From: an uncultured Actinomycetota bacterium
GTDB lineage: Bacteria > Actinomycetota > Actinomycetes > JACCUZ01
Length of the DNA stretch: 64,000 nucleotides
Assembly (NCBI GenBank): GCA_963751035.1
Contig: CAVVSW010000005.1
Span: forward strand, 708,784 to 772,783
Direction: 5' to 3'
Of this stretch, positions 28,385-38,624 are shown piece after piece. A model generated the notes under the pieces. That model did not search any database, was not told where the DNA came from, and worked only from the letters and a program-made list of their open reading frames with translations. Position numbers and translations under genes: made by a program. Within the stretch, counting starts at the first letter, position 1. The number at the start of each line of letters is the position of its first letter.

Positions 28385-29317
28385 ATGGCCACGGTGACAG
28401 CGGGCGCGAAGCCTGCGACCCGGCGGGGGGCCTCGGGAGGGGCCCGCCGCCGGGAGGCGATCGCCGGCTACGCCTTCGCGTTGCCGTTCCTCATCCTCTT
28501 CGTGGTCTTCACCGTGGGGCCGGTGATCGCATCGCTGGGCATGAGCTTCACCGACCTGCGCAGCGCCGACATCAACAACCCCTTGGCGGTCGAAGGCGTC
28601 GGCCTGGACAACTACAGCAAGCTGCTGAACGACGAGTCGTTCAAGCAGGCCGTGTTCAACACGGCCTATTTCGTGCTCATCGGGGTGCCGCTCACGATCG
28701 GCCTGGCGCTCGCCGTCGCGGTCGGGCTGAACGTCGGCATCACGCGCTTCAAGACCTTGTTCCGGGTGGGCTACTACCTGCCGGTGGTCACCAGCATCGT
28801 CGCCGTCGCCGTCGTGTGGCGGTTCCTGCTCGACCCGGAGAGCGGGCTCGTGAACACCTTGCTGGGCTACGTCGGGATCGACGGTCCCGCGTGGCTGGAG
28901 TCCACCACGTGGGCGATGCCATCACTGATCGCCATGGCGGCGTGGCGCAACATGGGCACGCTGGTCATCATCTTCCTCGCCGGCCTCCAGACGGTGCCCG
29001 CCGAGATGCACGAGGCCGCAGCCATCGACGGTGCCGGCGCGTGGGGCCGCTTCCGTCACATCACACTTCCGATGCTTCGTCCGACACTGCTGTTCGGTGC
29101 CGTCATCACCGGGATCGGCTACCTCCAGTTCTTCGAGGAGCCGTTCGTGATGACGCAGGGCGGCCCGCTCGACAAGACGCTGTCGGTTGCCTACTACGCC
29201 TACAACCAGTTCGGGTTCGGCAACTACAGCTACGCCGCAGCCATGGCCTACAGCCTCTTCCTGGTCATTGCTCTCGTCACGTTCCTGCAGTTCAAGTGGC
29301 TCGGCGAGAAGGACTGA
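28385..29317 (+). CDS. Carbohydrate ABC transporter permease
   Basis: 310 aa, 6 TM helices, EAA loop HEAAAIDGAGAWGRFRHITLPMLRP. Confidence 0.9.
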   Translation: MATVTAGAKPATRRGASGGARRREAIAGYAFALPFLILFVVFTVGPVIASLGMSFTDLRSADINNPLAVEGVGLDNYSKLLNDESFKQAVFNTAYFVLIGVPLTIGLALAVAVGLNVGITRFKTLFRVGYYLPVVTSIVAVAVVWRFLLDPESGLVNTLLGYVGIDGPAWLESTTWAMPSLIAMAAWRNMGTLVIIFLAGLQTVPAEMHEAAAIDGAGAWGRFRHITLPMLRPTLLFGAVITGIGYLQFFEEPFVMTQGGPLDKTLSVAYYAYNQFGFGNYSYAAAMAYSLFLVIALVTFLQFKWLGEKD

Positions 29318-29327
29318 GGGGCCGGCG

Positions 29328-30236
29328 ATGACGACGCAGACCCGAGACACCGCACTGTCTGTCACAGCAACGACACCGGCCCCACGGCGCCGACGGGGCG
29401 CGAGGCGGGCGGCTGCCGGTGAGGCGCACCCGCAACCGTGGATCTACGTCGTCCTCAGCGGCGGGCTGGTGCTGCTGGTCGGCCCGTTCCTTTGGATGCT
29501 GCAGGGTTCGTTCCGGCCGAACCGCGAGCTGCAACAGGTCCCGCCGAGCTGGCTGCCCGAGAACCCGACGCTGGACAACTACCGCCAGCTGTTCCAGGTG
29601 CTCGACTTCCCGACGTTCTTCTTCAACAGCGCGTTCGTCGCGACCGCGATCACGCTGGGCAACCTGGTCTTCTGCTCGATGCTGGGCTACGCGCTGGCGA
29701 AGCTGCGTTTCCCGGGGAAGCGCGTGATCTTCGCACTCGTGCTCGGCACCTTGATGGTTCCCGCGGTCGTGCTTTTCGTGCCGCTCTTCGTGCTCGTCAG
29801 CAACCTCGGCATGGCCAACAGCTACCCCGGACTCATCTTCCCGTTCCTGGCCGGCCCGTTCGGCGTCTTCCTCATGCGGCAGTTCATCCTCGGCCTGCCC
29901 GACGAGCTGATCCAGGCGGCCCGGGTTGACGGGGCGAGCGAGTTCCGCATCTTCTGGTCGATCATCCTCCCGCTCTGCAAGCCGGTCCTCGCGACGCTCG
30001 GCATCCTCACGTTCCTCACCTCGTGGAACCAGTTCCTCTGGCCACTCGTGGTCGCGCAGTCCGAGGACAAGTACACCCTTCCGGTCGCTCTCGCCATCTA
30101 TTCCATCGGTGAGAAGCGGGCCGACTACGGGCTGCTGATGGCCGGCTCGGTTGTCGTGGTCATCCCCGTCCTGCTCGTCTTCCTCGCGCTGCAGCGTCAC
30201 TTCGTGCGCGGCATCGCCATGACCGGCATCAAGTAG
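29328..30236 (+). CDS. Carbohydrate ABC transporter permease
   Basis: 302 aa from the ATG at 29328. EAA loop IQAARVDGASEFRIFWSIILPLCKP. Confidence 0.9.
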   Translation: MTTQTRDTALSVTATTPAPRRRRGARRAAAGEAHPQPWIYVVLSGGLVLLVGPFLWMLQGSFRPNRELQQVPPSWLPENPTLDNYRQLFQVLDFPTFFFNSAFVATAITLGNLVFCSMLGYALAKLRFPGKRVIFALVLGTLMVPAVVLFVPLFVLVSNLGMANSYPGLIFPFLAGPFGVFLMRQFILGLPDELIQAARVDGASEFRIFWSIILPLCKPVLATLGILTFLTSWNQFLWPLVVAQSEDKYTLPVALAIYSIGEKRADYGLLMAGSVVVVIPVLLVFLALQRHFVRGIAMTGIK

Positions 30237-30272
30237 CACCCACCAGACCCCAACATCACGGGAGACATTCTG

Positions 30273-31802
30273 ATGAACAGAACCCTCCGACTCGCGGCCT
30301 CCGCCGTGGGGGCCGGCGCGGTGGTGGCCAGCCTCGTTCTGCCGTCCGGCCCCGCTGCCGCGGCTGGCTCCAATGACAGCGTCCTGCGCACCTACACCGC
30401 AGACACGTGGCGTTCGATGGCCGCCATGGCCGACCCGGGGACCGGCCTGGTGGCGGACAACATCGGCGGTGACCTGAGTTCCGCCTCGCGGGCGAAGTAC
30501 ACCTCACCCACGAACATCGGCGCCTACATCTGGAGCGCGGTCGCGGCTCGCCGGACCGGACTGATCACCGCGACCGAGGAGGTGAGCCGGGTACAGAAGA
30601 CCTTGACGACGCTTGAGGGTCTCGAGATCCACGAGCCGTCGGGGATGTTCTACAACTGGTACGACCCCAAGACCGGCGCGAAGTTGACGACGTGGCCGGA
30701 GAACGGCAACACGCTTTACCCGTTCCTCTCCAGCGTCGACAACGGCTGGTTGGCCACCGCTCTGGCCATCGTCAAGGACCAGATGCCGACGCTGGCAGCA
30801 CAGGCTGACTCGATCCTGACCAAGATGGACTTCGGCTACTACTACAACCCGGCCGAGCGCCAGATCCGCGGCGGCTTCTGGAAGGACCCGCCGGTGGAGT
30901 GCTCGGTGCCGGGCAACTACCGCGGCGGCACGACCGTCTACTACACCTGTCACCACTACGGCGCCTTCAACACCGAGCCGCGGATGGCGAGCTACCTCGG
31001 CATCGCGGCAGAGCAGATCCCGCCGCTGCACTACTTCGGCTCCTTCCGCACCTTCCCGGGTGACAACTGCGACTGGTCGTGGAGCGAGCAGCGGGGAATC
31101 GGCGAGTACCGCACCTACCTCGGCCAGCGGGTGTGGGAGGGCTCCTACGGCTACCACGGGAAGCGGTTCATCCCGACCTGGGGCGGCTCGATGTTCGAGG
31201 CGCTGATGGTTCCCCTGTTCGTCCCGGAGGAGACGTGGGGCACGAAGAGCTGGGCGCTCACGCACCCGACCTACGTGGAGGCGCAGATCGAGCACGGCAA
31301 GGAGGAAGCGGGCTACGGCTACTGGGGCTTCTCGCCCGCAAGCGATCCGGAAGGTGGCTACCGGGAGTACGGCGTCGACCAGCTCGGCATGAACCCCGAC
31401 GGCTACAGCTCGGACGAGCCGCGGACGACGGTCGACGAGGGGTACGCCGGCTGCCGACCGGCACAGCCGGCCCCGTCGTACAAGCAAGGTGTCGTCACGC
31501 CGCACGCGTCGTTCCTCGCGCTGCGCTATGCGCAGGGCCCGGCCCTGGCCAACCTGGCCAAGCTGCGTCGCAACTTCGACGCCTATGGCACCGGCGGGTT
31601 CTACGACACGGTCAACGTCACCAGCGGGAAGGTCGCGAAGCGCTACCTCTCACTCGACCAGGGGATGATCATGGCGGCCCTCGGCAACGCCCTTGGTGGC
31701 GACGTCATGCGTCACGCGTTCGCGCAGGGTCCGATGGAGCAGCGGGTCGCGCCTCTCATGCGGATGGAGGAGTTCTCGTTGGCTCCGACCAGCACTCCGT
31801 GA
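30273..31802 (+). CDS. Secreted DUF3131 / glucoamylase-like protein (GH144-type beta-1,2-glucanase fold suspected)
   Basis: 509 aa with a signal peptide. Motifs YTSPTNIGAYIWS, FYNWYDPKTG, FLSSVDNGWLA and WGGSMFEALMVPLF are ones I associate with DUF3131 / putative glucoamylase proteins. Confidence 0.7.
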   Translation: MNRTLRLAASAVGAGAVVASLVLPSGPAAAAGSNDSVLRTYTADTWRSMAAMADPGTGLVADNIGGDLSSASRAKYTSPTNIGAYIWSAVAARRTGLITATEEVSRVQKTLTTLEGLEIHEPSGMFYNWYDPKTGAKLTTWPENGNTLYPFLSSVDNGWLATALAIVKDQMPTLAAQADSILTKMDFGYYYNPAERQIRGGFWKDPPVECSVPGNYRGGTTVYYTCHHYGAFNTEPRMASYLGIAAEQIPPLHYFGSFRTFPGDNCDWSWSEQRGIGEYRTYLGQRVWEGSYGYHGKRFIPTWGGSMFEALMVPLFVPEETWGTKSWALTHPTYVEAQIEHGKEEAGYGYWGFSPASDPEGGYREYGVDQLGMNPDGYSSDEPRTTVDEGYAGCRPAQPAPSYKQGVVTPHASFLALRYAQGPALANLAKLRRNFDAYGTGGFYDTVNVTSGKVAKRYLSLDQGMIMAALGNALGGDVMRHAFAQGPMEQRVAPLMRMEEFSLAPTSTP

Positions 31803-33670
31803 CGGCGCAGCGCGAGGGCGCGACAGGCACGGGGGAGTCGGCGAAGGCCGACTGGGACGAGCGGATCGCGCGGCGCACCGACGCGTCGGCCGGGGCGGCG
31901 CTGGCCGACCTCGGCCCGCCGTCGGGGCTGCGCGCGACCGCCGGTCGTGGCCAGGTGACGCTCGACTGGTCACCGGTCTCCGATGCCGCCGGCTATCTCG
32001 TGCATGCGGCGGACGACGAGGAAGGTCCGTTCACGCCGTTGGACCACTACGGCAACGACGTCCTGGCCGTGCCGCACCCGCCGTACGTCGACACGACGGG
32101 CGAGGCGGGGCGGCTGCGGTGGTACGCCGTCGCGGCGCTGCCCGAGGTCTCGACGACGGGACCGTTGAGCAAGGCCGTCGCGGCCGCCCCCGAGCCGAGC
32201 GGCGCCGCGACGGTCACGGTCCGGGTGGACGCCGGGGCGATCGAGGGCCGGCTGCAACGTCCCTGGCGAGCCATGATCGGCTCCGAGCACCTGAGCCTGC
32301 TGCTGTCCGACGACCTGGTCGGCGGCCGCCCGCTCGGCGCCGAGCTGACGGAGGCCCTGCGGCTCATGCACGAGCAGATCGGCGTGAGCACGGTGCGGGC
32401 CCACGGCATCCTGTGCGACGACCTGCGCGTCTACCGCGAGGTCGACGGTGAGCCCGTGCACGACTTCACCGGCGTCGACCGCGTCTACGACGCCGTCCTC
32501 GCGATCGGCCTGCGACCGGTCGTCGAGCTCTCGTTCATGCCGCACGACCTTGCCTCCGATCCGACGAAGACCGTCTTCGAGTACGACGCGATCGTGTCGC
32601 CCCCGCACGACTGGGACCGGTGGGCGGACCTGGTCCGTGCTCTCACGGCGCACCTCGTGGAGCGCTACGGGCTGGACGAGGTGCGCGATCGGTGGAGCTT
32701 CGAGGTCTGGAACGAGGCGAACCTCGAGGTGTTCTGGAGCGGCACGCCGGAGGACTACCTGCGGTTGTACGACGTGACCGTCGCCGCCGTGCGCTCGGTG
32801 GATGCCCAGCTCGTGGTCGGGGGGCCGAGCTCTGCTGCTGCCGAGTGGGTAGACCTCCTCCTCGACCATGTCGCGACGTCGGGGTCGCCGGTCGACTTCG
32901 TGTCCACGCACACCTACGGCAGCCCGCCACTGGACGTGCGACCGAGCCTGTCCCGCCACGACCGCGAGGGCACGGCGATCTGGTGGACGGAGTGGGGGCC
33001 GACGCCGCAGCACGGCCACCTCGTCGGTGACACGGTGTTCGCAGCGACGTTCCTGCTGGACGGGATGCACTCGAGCATGGGCCGCATCGACGCCCTCTCG
33101 CACTGGGTCGCCTCCGACCACTTCGAGGAGCTCGGGCGCCCGCCCCGGCTGGAGCACGGCGGCTTCGGCCTGCTCACCGTCGGGAACCTGCGCAAGCCGC
33201 GGTGGTGGGCGATGGAGCTGCTCGAGCGGCTGGGTGAGTCGCGCGTCGTCGTGACTGCCCACGGCGACGGTGCCGGCAGCCTGGTCAACTGCATCGCCAC
33301 CCGCGACGACTCGAGCTGCACCGGCGTCCTGGTCTGGAACAGCACGCTGGACCAGCGCGGCATCGCCGGCAACCCGCTGCTCGCCCGACGGGTGGAGCTG
33401 GCCGTGGAACGCATGCCGCCAGGGCGCTACGTCCTGCGGCACTGGCGGGTCGACGAGGCCCACTCCAACGTGTTCGCCCACTGGCACGCGATGGGCGGCG
33501 GAGAGGCCGCGGACTGGCCGACCCCGTCGCAGTGGGACGAGCTGGCCCGCGCCAACACCCTGGAGGAGCTCGGCGAAGCAGTCACCGTCGAGGTGTCCTC
33601 GGGTCCGGTGGAGGTGGCCTTCGACCTGCCGCAGCCGGGCATCTCCTACCTTGAGCTCAGTCCCGAATAG
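31799..33670 (+). CDS. GH39-like glycoside hydrolase with an N-terminal FN3-like domain
   Basis: GTG 31799 overlaps the previous stop (GTGA). SFEVWNEANL is an acid/base-like motif and IWWTEWGP is nucleophile-like. The N-terminal FN3-like segment reads GQVTLDWSPVSDAAGYLV. No signal peptide. Confidence 0.7.
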   Translation: MTAQREGATGTGESAKADWDERIARRTDASAGAALADLGPPSGLRATAGRGQVTLDWSPVSDAAGYLVHAADDEEGPFTPLDHYGNDVLAVPHPPYVDTTGEAGRLRWYAVAALPEVSTTGPLSKAVAAAPEPSGAATVTVRVDAGAIEGRLQRPWRAMIGSEHLSLLLSDDLVGGRPLGAELTEALRLMHEQIGVSTVRAHGILCDDLRVYREVDGEPVHDFTGVDRVYDAVLAIGLRPVVELSFMPHDLASDPTKTVFEYDAIVSPPHDWDRWADLVRALTAHLVERYGLDEVRDRWSFEVWNEANLEVFWSGTPEDYLRLYDVTVAAVRSVDAQLVVGGPSSAAAEWVDLLLDHVATSGSPVDFVSTHTYGSPPLDVRPSLSRHDREGTAIWWTEWGPTPQHGHLVGDTVFAATFLLDGMHSSMGRIDALSHWVASDHFEELGRPPRLEHGGFGLLTVGNLRKPRWWAMELLERLGESRVVVTAHGDGAGSLVNCIATRDDSSCTGVLVWNSTLDQRGIAGNPLLARRVELAVERMPPGRYVLRHWRVDEAHSNVFAHWHAMGGGEAADWPTPSQWDELARANTLEELGEAVTVEVSSGPVEVAFDLPQPGISYLELSPE

Positions 33671-33679
33671 GGTCGGCCC

Positions 33680-34721
33680 GTGCGGGCGCTGGTGTACGAC
33701 GAGTTCGGCGGCCCTGCCGTCGTCCGCGACGTGCCGGACCCGGTGCCGGCCGGCCACGGTGCGGTGATCCGGGTGGAGGCGACCGGCCTGTGCCGCAGCG
33801 ACTGGCACGGCTGGGTCGGTCACGACCCCGACATCGCCCTGCCGCACGTGCCCGGTCACGAGTTCGCCGGTGTGGTGGCGGCGGTCGGGGGAGAGGTGAC
33901 GGGCTGGCAGCCCGGTGACCGGGTGACCGTCCCGTTCGTTTGTGCATGCGGGACGTGCCCGCAGTGCGTTGCCGGCGACCACCAGGTGTGTGACAACCAG
34001 TTCCAGCCCGGGTTCAGCGGCTGGGGCTCGTTCGCCGACCTGGTGGCGATCGACCACGCCGACGTCAACCTGGTGGGGCTGCCCGACTCCGTCGACGCCG
34101 CGACCGCAGCCAGCCTTGGCTGCCGGTTCGCCACCGCCTACCGCGCGGTGCTCGCGCAGGGACGGGTAACCGAGGGGCAGTGGCTCGCCGTGCACGGCTG
34201 CGGCGGTGTCGGGCTGTCCGCGGTGATGATCGGAGCGTCGGTCGGCGCCCGCGTGGTCGGGCGTCGACGTCAACCCGGCGGCACTCGAGATGGCGGCGCA
34301 GCTCGGCGCGGTGGCGACGGTCGACGCGACCACCACGCCGAACGTCCCCGCCGCCGTGCGTGAGCTCACCGAGGGCGGCGCGCACGTCTCGCTCGATGCC
34401 CTCGGTAGCGCGGCGACCTGCATCGCGTCGATCCGCAGCCTGCGCAAGCGGGGACGGCACGTGCAGGTCGGTCTGCTGGCGGGCGCGGACGCCCGGCCCG
34501 CCGTACCGATGGGCCGTCTCATCGCGCACGAGCTGGAGATCGTGGGGAGCCACGGGATGGCCGCCCACGACTACGGCGAGATGCTCGCGCTGGTGGAGTC
34601 GGGCCGGCTGCGTCCCGACCGGCTGGTGTCCGCGCGGATCGGACTGGACGAGGCCGGGCAGGCGCTCGCGGCGATGTCCGGCGCGACCACGCCTGCGGGG
34701 ATGACCGTCATCGTCCCCTGA
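33680..34721 (+). pseudogene. Zinc-dependent alcohol dehydrogenase (MDR family), frameshifted as sequenced (+1 nt in the GGG run 34259-34261)
   Basis: GHEFAGVV and the [15 protein letters not shown] zinc motifs, plus GCGGVGLS. The join reads ..[22 protein letters not shown]. Length is 1042 nt (3n+1). Confidence 0.85.
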
Positions 34722-34788
34722 CCGAGGTGCTCCGGCCTTCTGCGACACTGCGCGTGTCGCCAGCCCGGTTGAAGGGAACGGTTCTCGC

Positions 34789-36097
34789 ATGAACTCACCG
34801 ACCGAGTACGAGCTCAGCCATCCCGGCGGCCAGCTGCCCCTGCCCCTCGTGGACGCCACCGACGGCCCGTCCGGGCTCGACGTGAGCACGCTGCTCAAGG
34901 AGACCGGCCAGGTGACGCTGGACCCGGGATTCGTCAACACGGCCTCGTGCGCGTCGAAGATCACCTTCATCGACGGCGACGAGGGCATCCTGCGCTACCG
35001 CGGCTACCCCATCGACCAGCTCGCCGAGAACGCATCGTTCCTCGAGGTCTCCTACCTGCTGATCTACGGCGAGCTGCCCACCCCAGTCGGAGCTGCAGGC
35101 GTTCAGCGACCGGATCCGGGTGCACACGCTGCTCGACGAGAACCTGCGCCGGTTCTTCGAGGGCTTCCCGCGCGACGCGCACCCGATGGCCGTGCTCTCG
35201 TCGGCGGTGAGCGCCCTGTCGACGTTCTACCAGGACAGCCTCGACCCGTTCGACCAGGAGCACGTCGAGATCTCGACCGTGCGGCTGATGGCCAAGCTGC
35301 CGACGATCGCCGCCTACGCCTACAAGAAGGCGGTCGGCCAGCCGCTGCTCTACCCCGACAACTCCCTGGGCTACGTCGAGAACTTCCTCCGCCTCACGTT
35401 CGGCGTACCCGCCGAGCCCTACGAGGTGGACCCGACCATGGCGCGCGTGCTGGAGATGCTGTTCGTGCTGCACGCCGACCACGAGCAGAACTGCTCCACC
35501 GCGACCGTGCGCATGGTCGGCTCCAGCAACGCCAACCTGTTCGCCTCGGTCTCCGCCGGCGTCAACGCGCTGTTCGGCCCGCTGCACGGCGGCGCCAACC
35601 AGGCGGTGCTCGAGATGCTCAAGGACATCCACGAGGACGGCGGGGACGTCGACGCGTTCGTGGAGCGGGTGAAGAACAAGGAGCCCGGCGTCAAGCTGAT
35701 GGGCTTCGGCCACCGCGTCTACAAGAACTACGACCCACGCGCGGCGATCGTGAAGAAGGCGACGACCCAGGTGCTCGAGGGGATGGGCACGACCGACCCG
35801 CTGCTCGACATCGCGATGCGGCTGGAAGAGGTCGCGCTGGCCGACGACTTCTTCGTCGAGCGCAAGCTCTATCCGAATGTCGACTTCTACACCGGCGTCA
35901 TCTACAAGGCGATGGGTTTCCCGACCCGGATGTTCACCGTGCTGTTCGCCCTCGGCCGGCTGCCGGGCTGGATCGCGCAGTGGCGGGAGATGATCGAGGA
36001 CCCGGCCACCAAGATCGGCCGGCCCCGCCAGGTCTACGTCGGCCCGGCCGAGCGCGACTTCGTGCCCGCCGACCAGCGCAAACCAGCCGGCGGCTGA
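34789..36097 (+). pseudogene. gltA: Citrate synthase, frameshifted as sequenced (+1 nt near 35081-35088)
   Basis: [12 protein letters not shown].. lies in frame 1, then ..[34 protein letters not shown] and [14 protein letters not shown] lie in frame 2. Length is 1309 nt (3n+1). Confidence 0.9.
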
Positions 36098-36173
36098 GCT
36101 CCGGCGACCGCCCCTTTCGCGCCTTCACCCCGGCCCCTTGGCGGCCGATAGCCATGGCAGGACCGTGTCTGGG

Positions 36174-38521
36174 GTGAAATGTCGGCATCGACACGAGCGC
36201 AAGAGCGCCGCCAGCTGGACCTTCGACGCGGCCGTGTCCGCGTCGGGGGTCCTGATCGGCCTGCTCTCGATCGCCGCACTCGTCGTCCAGCACTTCGACC
36301 GGCACTGGATCGCGGCGCTGGTGCTCGGTCCGCCGGTGATCGCGCTGATGAGCCGGTTCCCCCTGGTCCTGACCCGCAGCTGCGGGCGGCATCGAGGTCG
36401 GCTTCGACTCGGCTGTGCTCGTCTTCCTCGTCTGCTTCGACGGCGGGGCGGGGGCCCTTGCGGTCTGGTCCGTCGGCCAGGCCTTCTCCCAGCTCAGCGT
36501 GGACAAGCGCTGGGACACGCGGTGCTTCAACATCGGCATCGGGATCCTGGCGGGCGCGGGCGCGGTGCTCGTCATGCGCTCGGTCAGCTCGATGGACCAC
36601 ACCTCGCCACGTGAGCTGGCGGCAGTCGGGCTCGGCTGCGCTGTCTACTTCCTCGTCGACTACATGGTCTCGGGTGTGTCCATCGCCATCGAGGACCGCA
36701 GCCCCATCCTGGAGGTCGTCCGCGGCGGGAGCGGCTTCATCGCCCTCGGCATCTTCGTCGCCATCGACAGCCTCGGATACCTCGGCGCGCTCGTCGTACG
36801 CACGCTGCCGGGCTGGGCCAGCATCCTGCTCGCGGTTCCGCTGCTCACGATCCTGGTCGCGACCCGCGCTCTGTCCCGGGGCAACGAGCACCGACGACGG
36901 CTGGCTGCGCTGTTCGATGCTGCTGCCGCGGCGCAGGCGCTGCAGAGCCCCAGCGACCTGCTCGAGATGCTGCGGACGCACGCCCGGTCCGTGGTCGTCA
37001 GCGGCGGCGCCGACCTGCGCGACGAGCCACCCAGCGACCGCGAGATCGGTGCCCGGGTCAGCACCGAGACCGGCGACGTGTGGCTGGTTGCGCCCGCCCG
37101 CAACCGGGCCCGAGCCACGGTCGACGCCGACCGGCAGGCCCTGGAGGCGCTCGCGACGGTGGGCGAGCAGGCGCTCGCGCGGTTGACGATGGTGGCCGAG
37201 ATGGGCCGGCTGGCGCGGCACGACTCGCTGACCGGGCTGCCGAACCGGACGCTCTTCCTCGACCGGGTCGAGCAGGCGGTGGCACGGTCGCGCCGGCAGG
37301 AGCGGCAGATCGCCGTGCTGTTCCTGGACCTGGACGGCTTCAAGTCGGTGAACGACCGCTTCGGCCACGCCGCGGGCGACGAACTGCTGAACACGGTCGC
37401 CGAGCGCCTGCTCGGCTGCGTCCGGGAAGGTGACTCGGTCGCCCGCCTCGGCGGCGACGAGTTCGCGGTGCTGCTCGAGGAAGCAGGTCGACCCGAGGAC
37501 GTCCAGATCCTGTCCCAGCGGCTGCTCGAGGCACTCCGCTCGGAGATCGTGATCGCCGGGCACGACGTCGTCGTCGGAACCAGCATCGGGGTCGCGATCG
37601 CGTCACCCGGCGACGACGCGGCGGCTCTGCTCCGCAACGCCGACATGGCGATGTACCGCGCGAAGGCGCATGGGCAAGAACCGCGACTTCGTCTACCAGC
37701 CGTCGCTGCGCGAGGAGAACATCCGCAGGCTGGAGCTGATCGAGGCCCTGCGCCGCGGCATCGCCGACGAGCTCGTCGTCCACTACCAGCCCGTGGTCGA
37801 TCTCGGTGACGGCCACATCCTCGGGATGGAGGCCCTCGTCCGCTGGCAGCGCGCGGGCGAGCTGGTCATGCCCGACGCGTTCATCGCCGCGGCCGAGGAG
37901 AGCGGTCTCATCGTCGAGATCGGCGAACGGGTGCTCGCCCAGGTCGTCGCCGACGCGCCGATCCTGGTGGCCGCCGCGGGTCGCCCGTTGAGCCTCGGGG
38001 TCAACATGAGCGCCCACCAGCTGCGGGAGCCCACGTTCCTCGACCAGGTGCGCGCAGCCGTCGTGGCCCTGGGCGAGAGCCAGCTCGTGCTCGAGATGAC
38101 CGAGACCGTCGTCGTGCAGGAGGACGAGGAGTCCGGCGACGCGCTGCGGCTGTTGCGCGCTGCCGGCGCGATGCTCGCCATCGACGACTTCGGGGTGGGC
38201 TTCTCCTCGATCGGCTACCTCCAGCACCTGCCGGTCGGCATGATCAAGATCGACCGCACCTTCACCCGCGACATCGACTCGGACGCCCGGGCCGCCGCTC
38301 TCGTCGAGGCGATCCTGCTGATGGGGTCGGCCCTGGAGCTGCAGGTCGTCGCCGAGGGAATCGAGCGCCCCTCCCAGGTGCAGCGGCTGCGCGGGTCCGG
38401 CTGCACCGTCGGCCAGGGCTTCCTGTACGGCCGGCCGCAGCCGCTGGCCGACGTGGTCGCCCGGCTCGAGGCCGACCGGTCGGCCCGCGAGGGGTCGCTG
38501 GTCCAGCCCTCCCGCGGCTGA
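36174..38521 (+). pseudogene. Membrane-anchored GGDEF-EAL (diguanylate cyclase/phosphodiesterase) protein, two +1 frameshifts as sequenced
   Basis: Multi-TM N-terminus, GGDEF domain (RLGGDEFAVLL) and EAL domain (EALVRW..DDFGVGFSS..KIDRTF). Frame changes occur near 36381-36390 and in the GGG run at 37672-37674. The 5' start is uncertain. Confidence 0.8.
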
Positions 38522-38576
38522 GCGCGACAGCCGGGGTTGGTGGAGGGGCTTCGGCTGGGCTACCGTGGGTACAACC

Positions 38577-38594
38577 TACGGTGACGTAACCGTA
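38577..38594. promoter_or_regulatory. Near-palindrome TACGGTgACGTaACCGTA upstream of the desaturase gene
   Basis: 18-bp inverted repeat with 2 central mismatches, 31 nt upstream of the GTG at 38625. A related TACCGTGGGTA element lies just 5' of it. Confidence 0.3.
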
Positions 38595-38624
38595 AGTTGC
38601 CACCGTCCTCCGAGGAGTCCCCCC

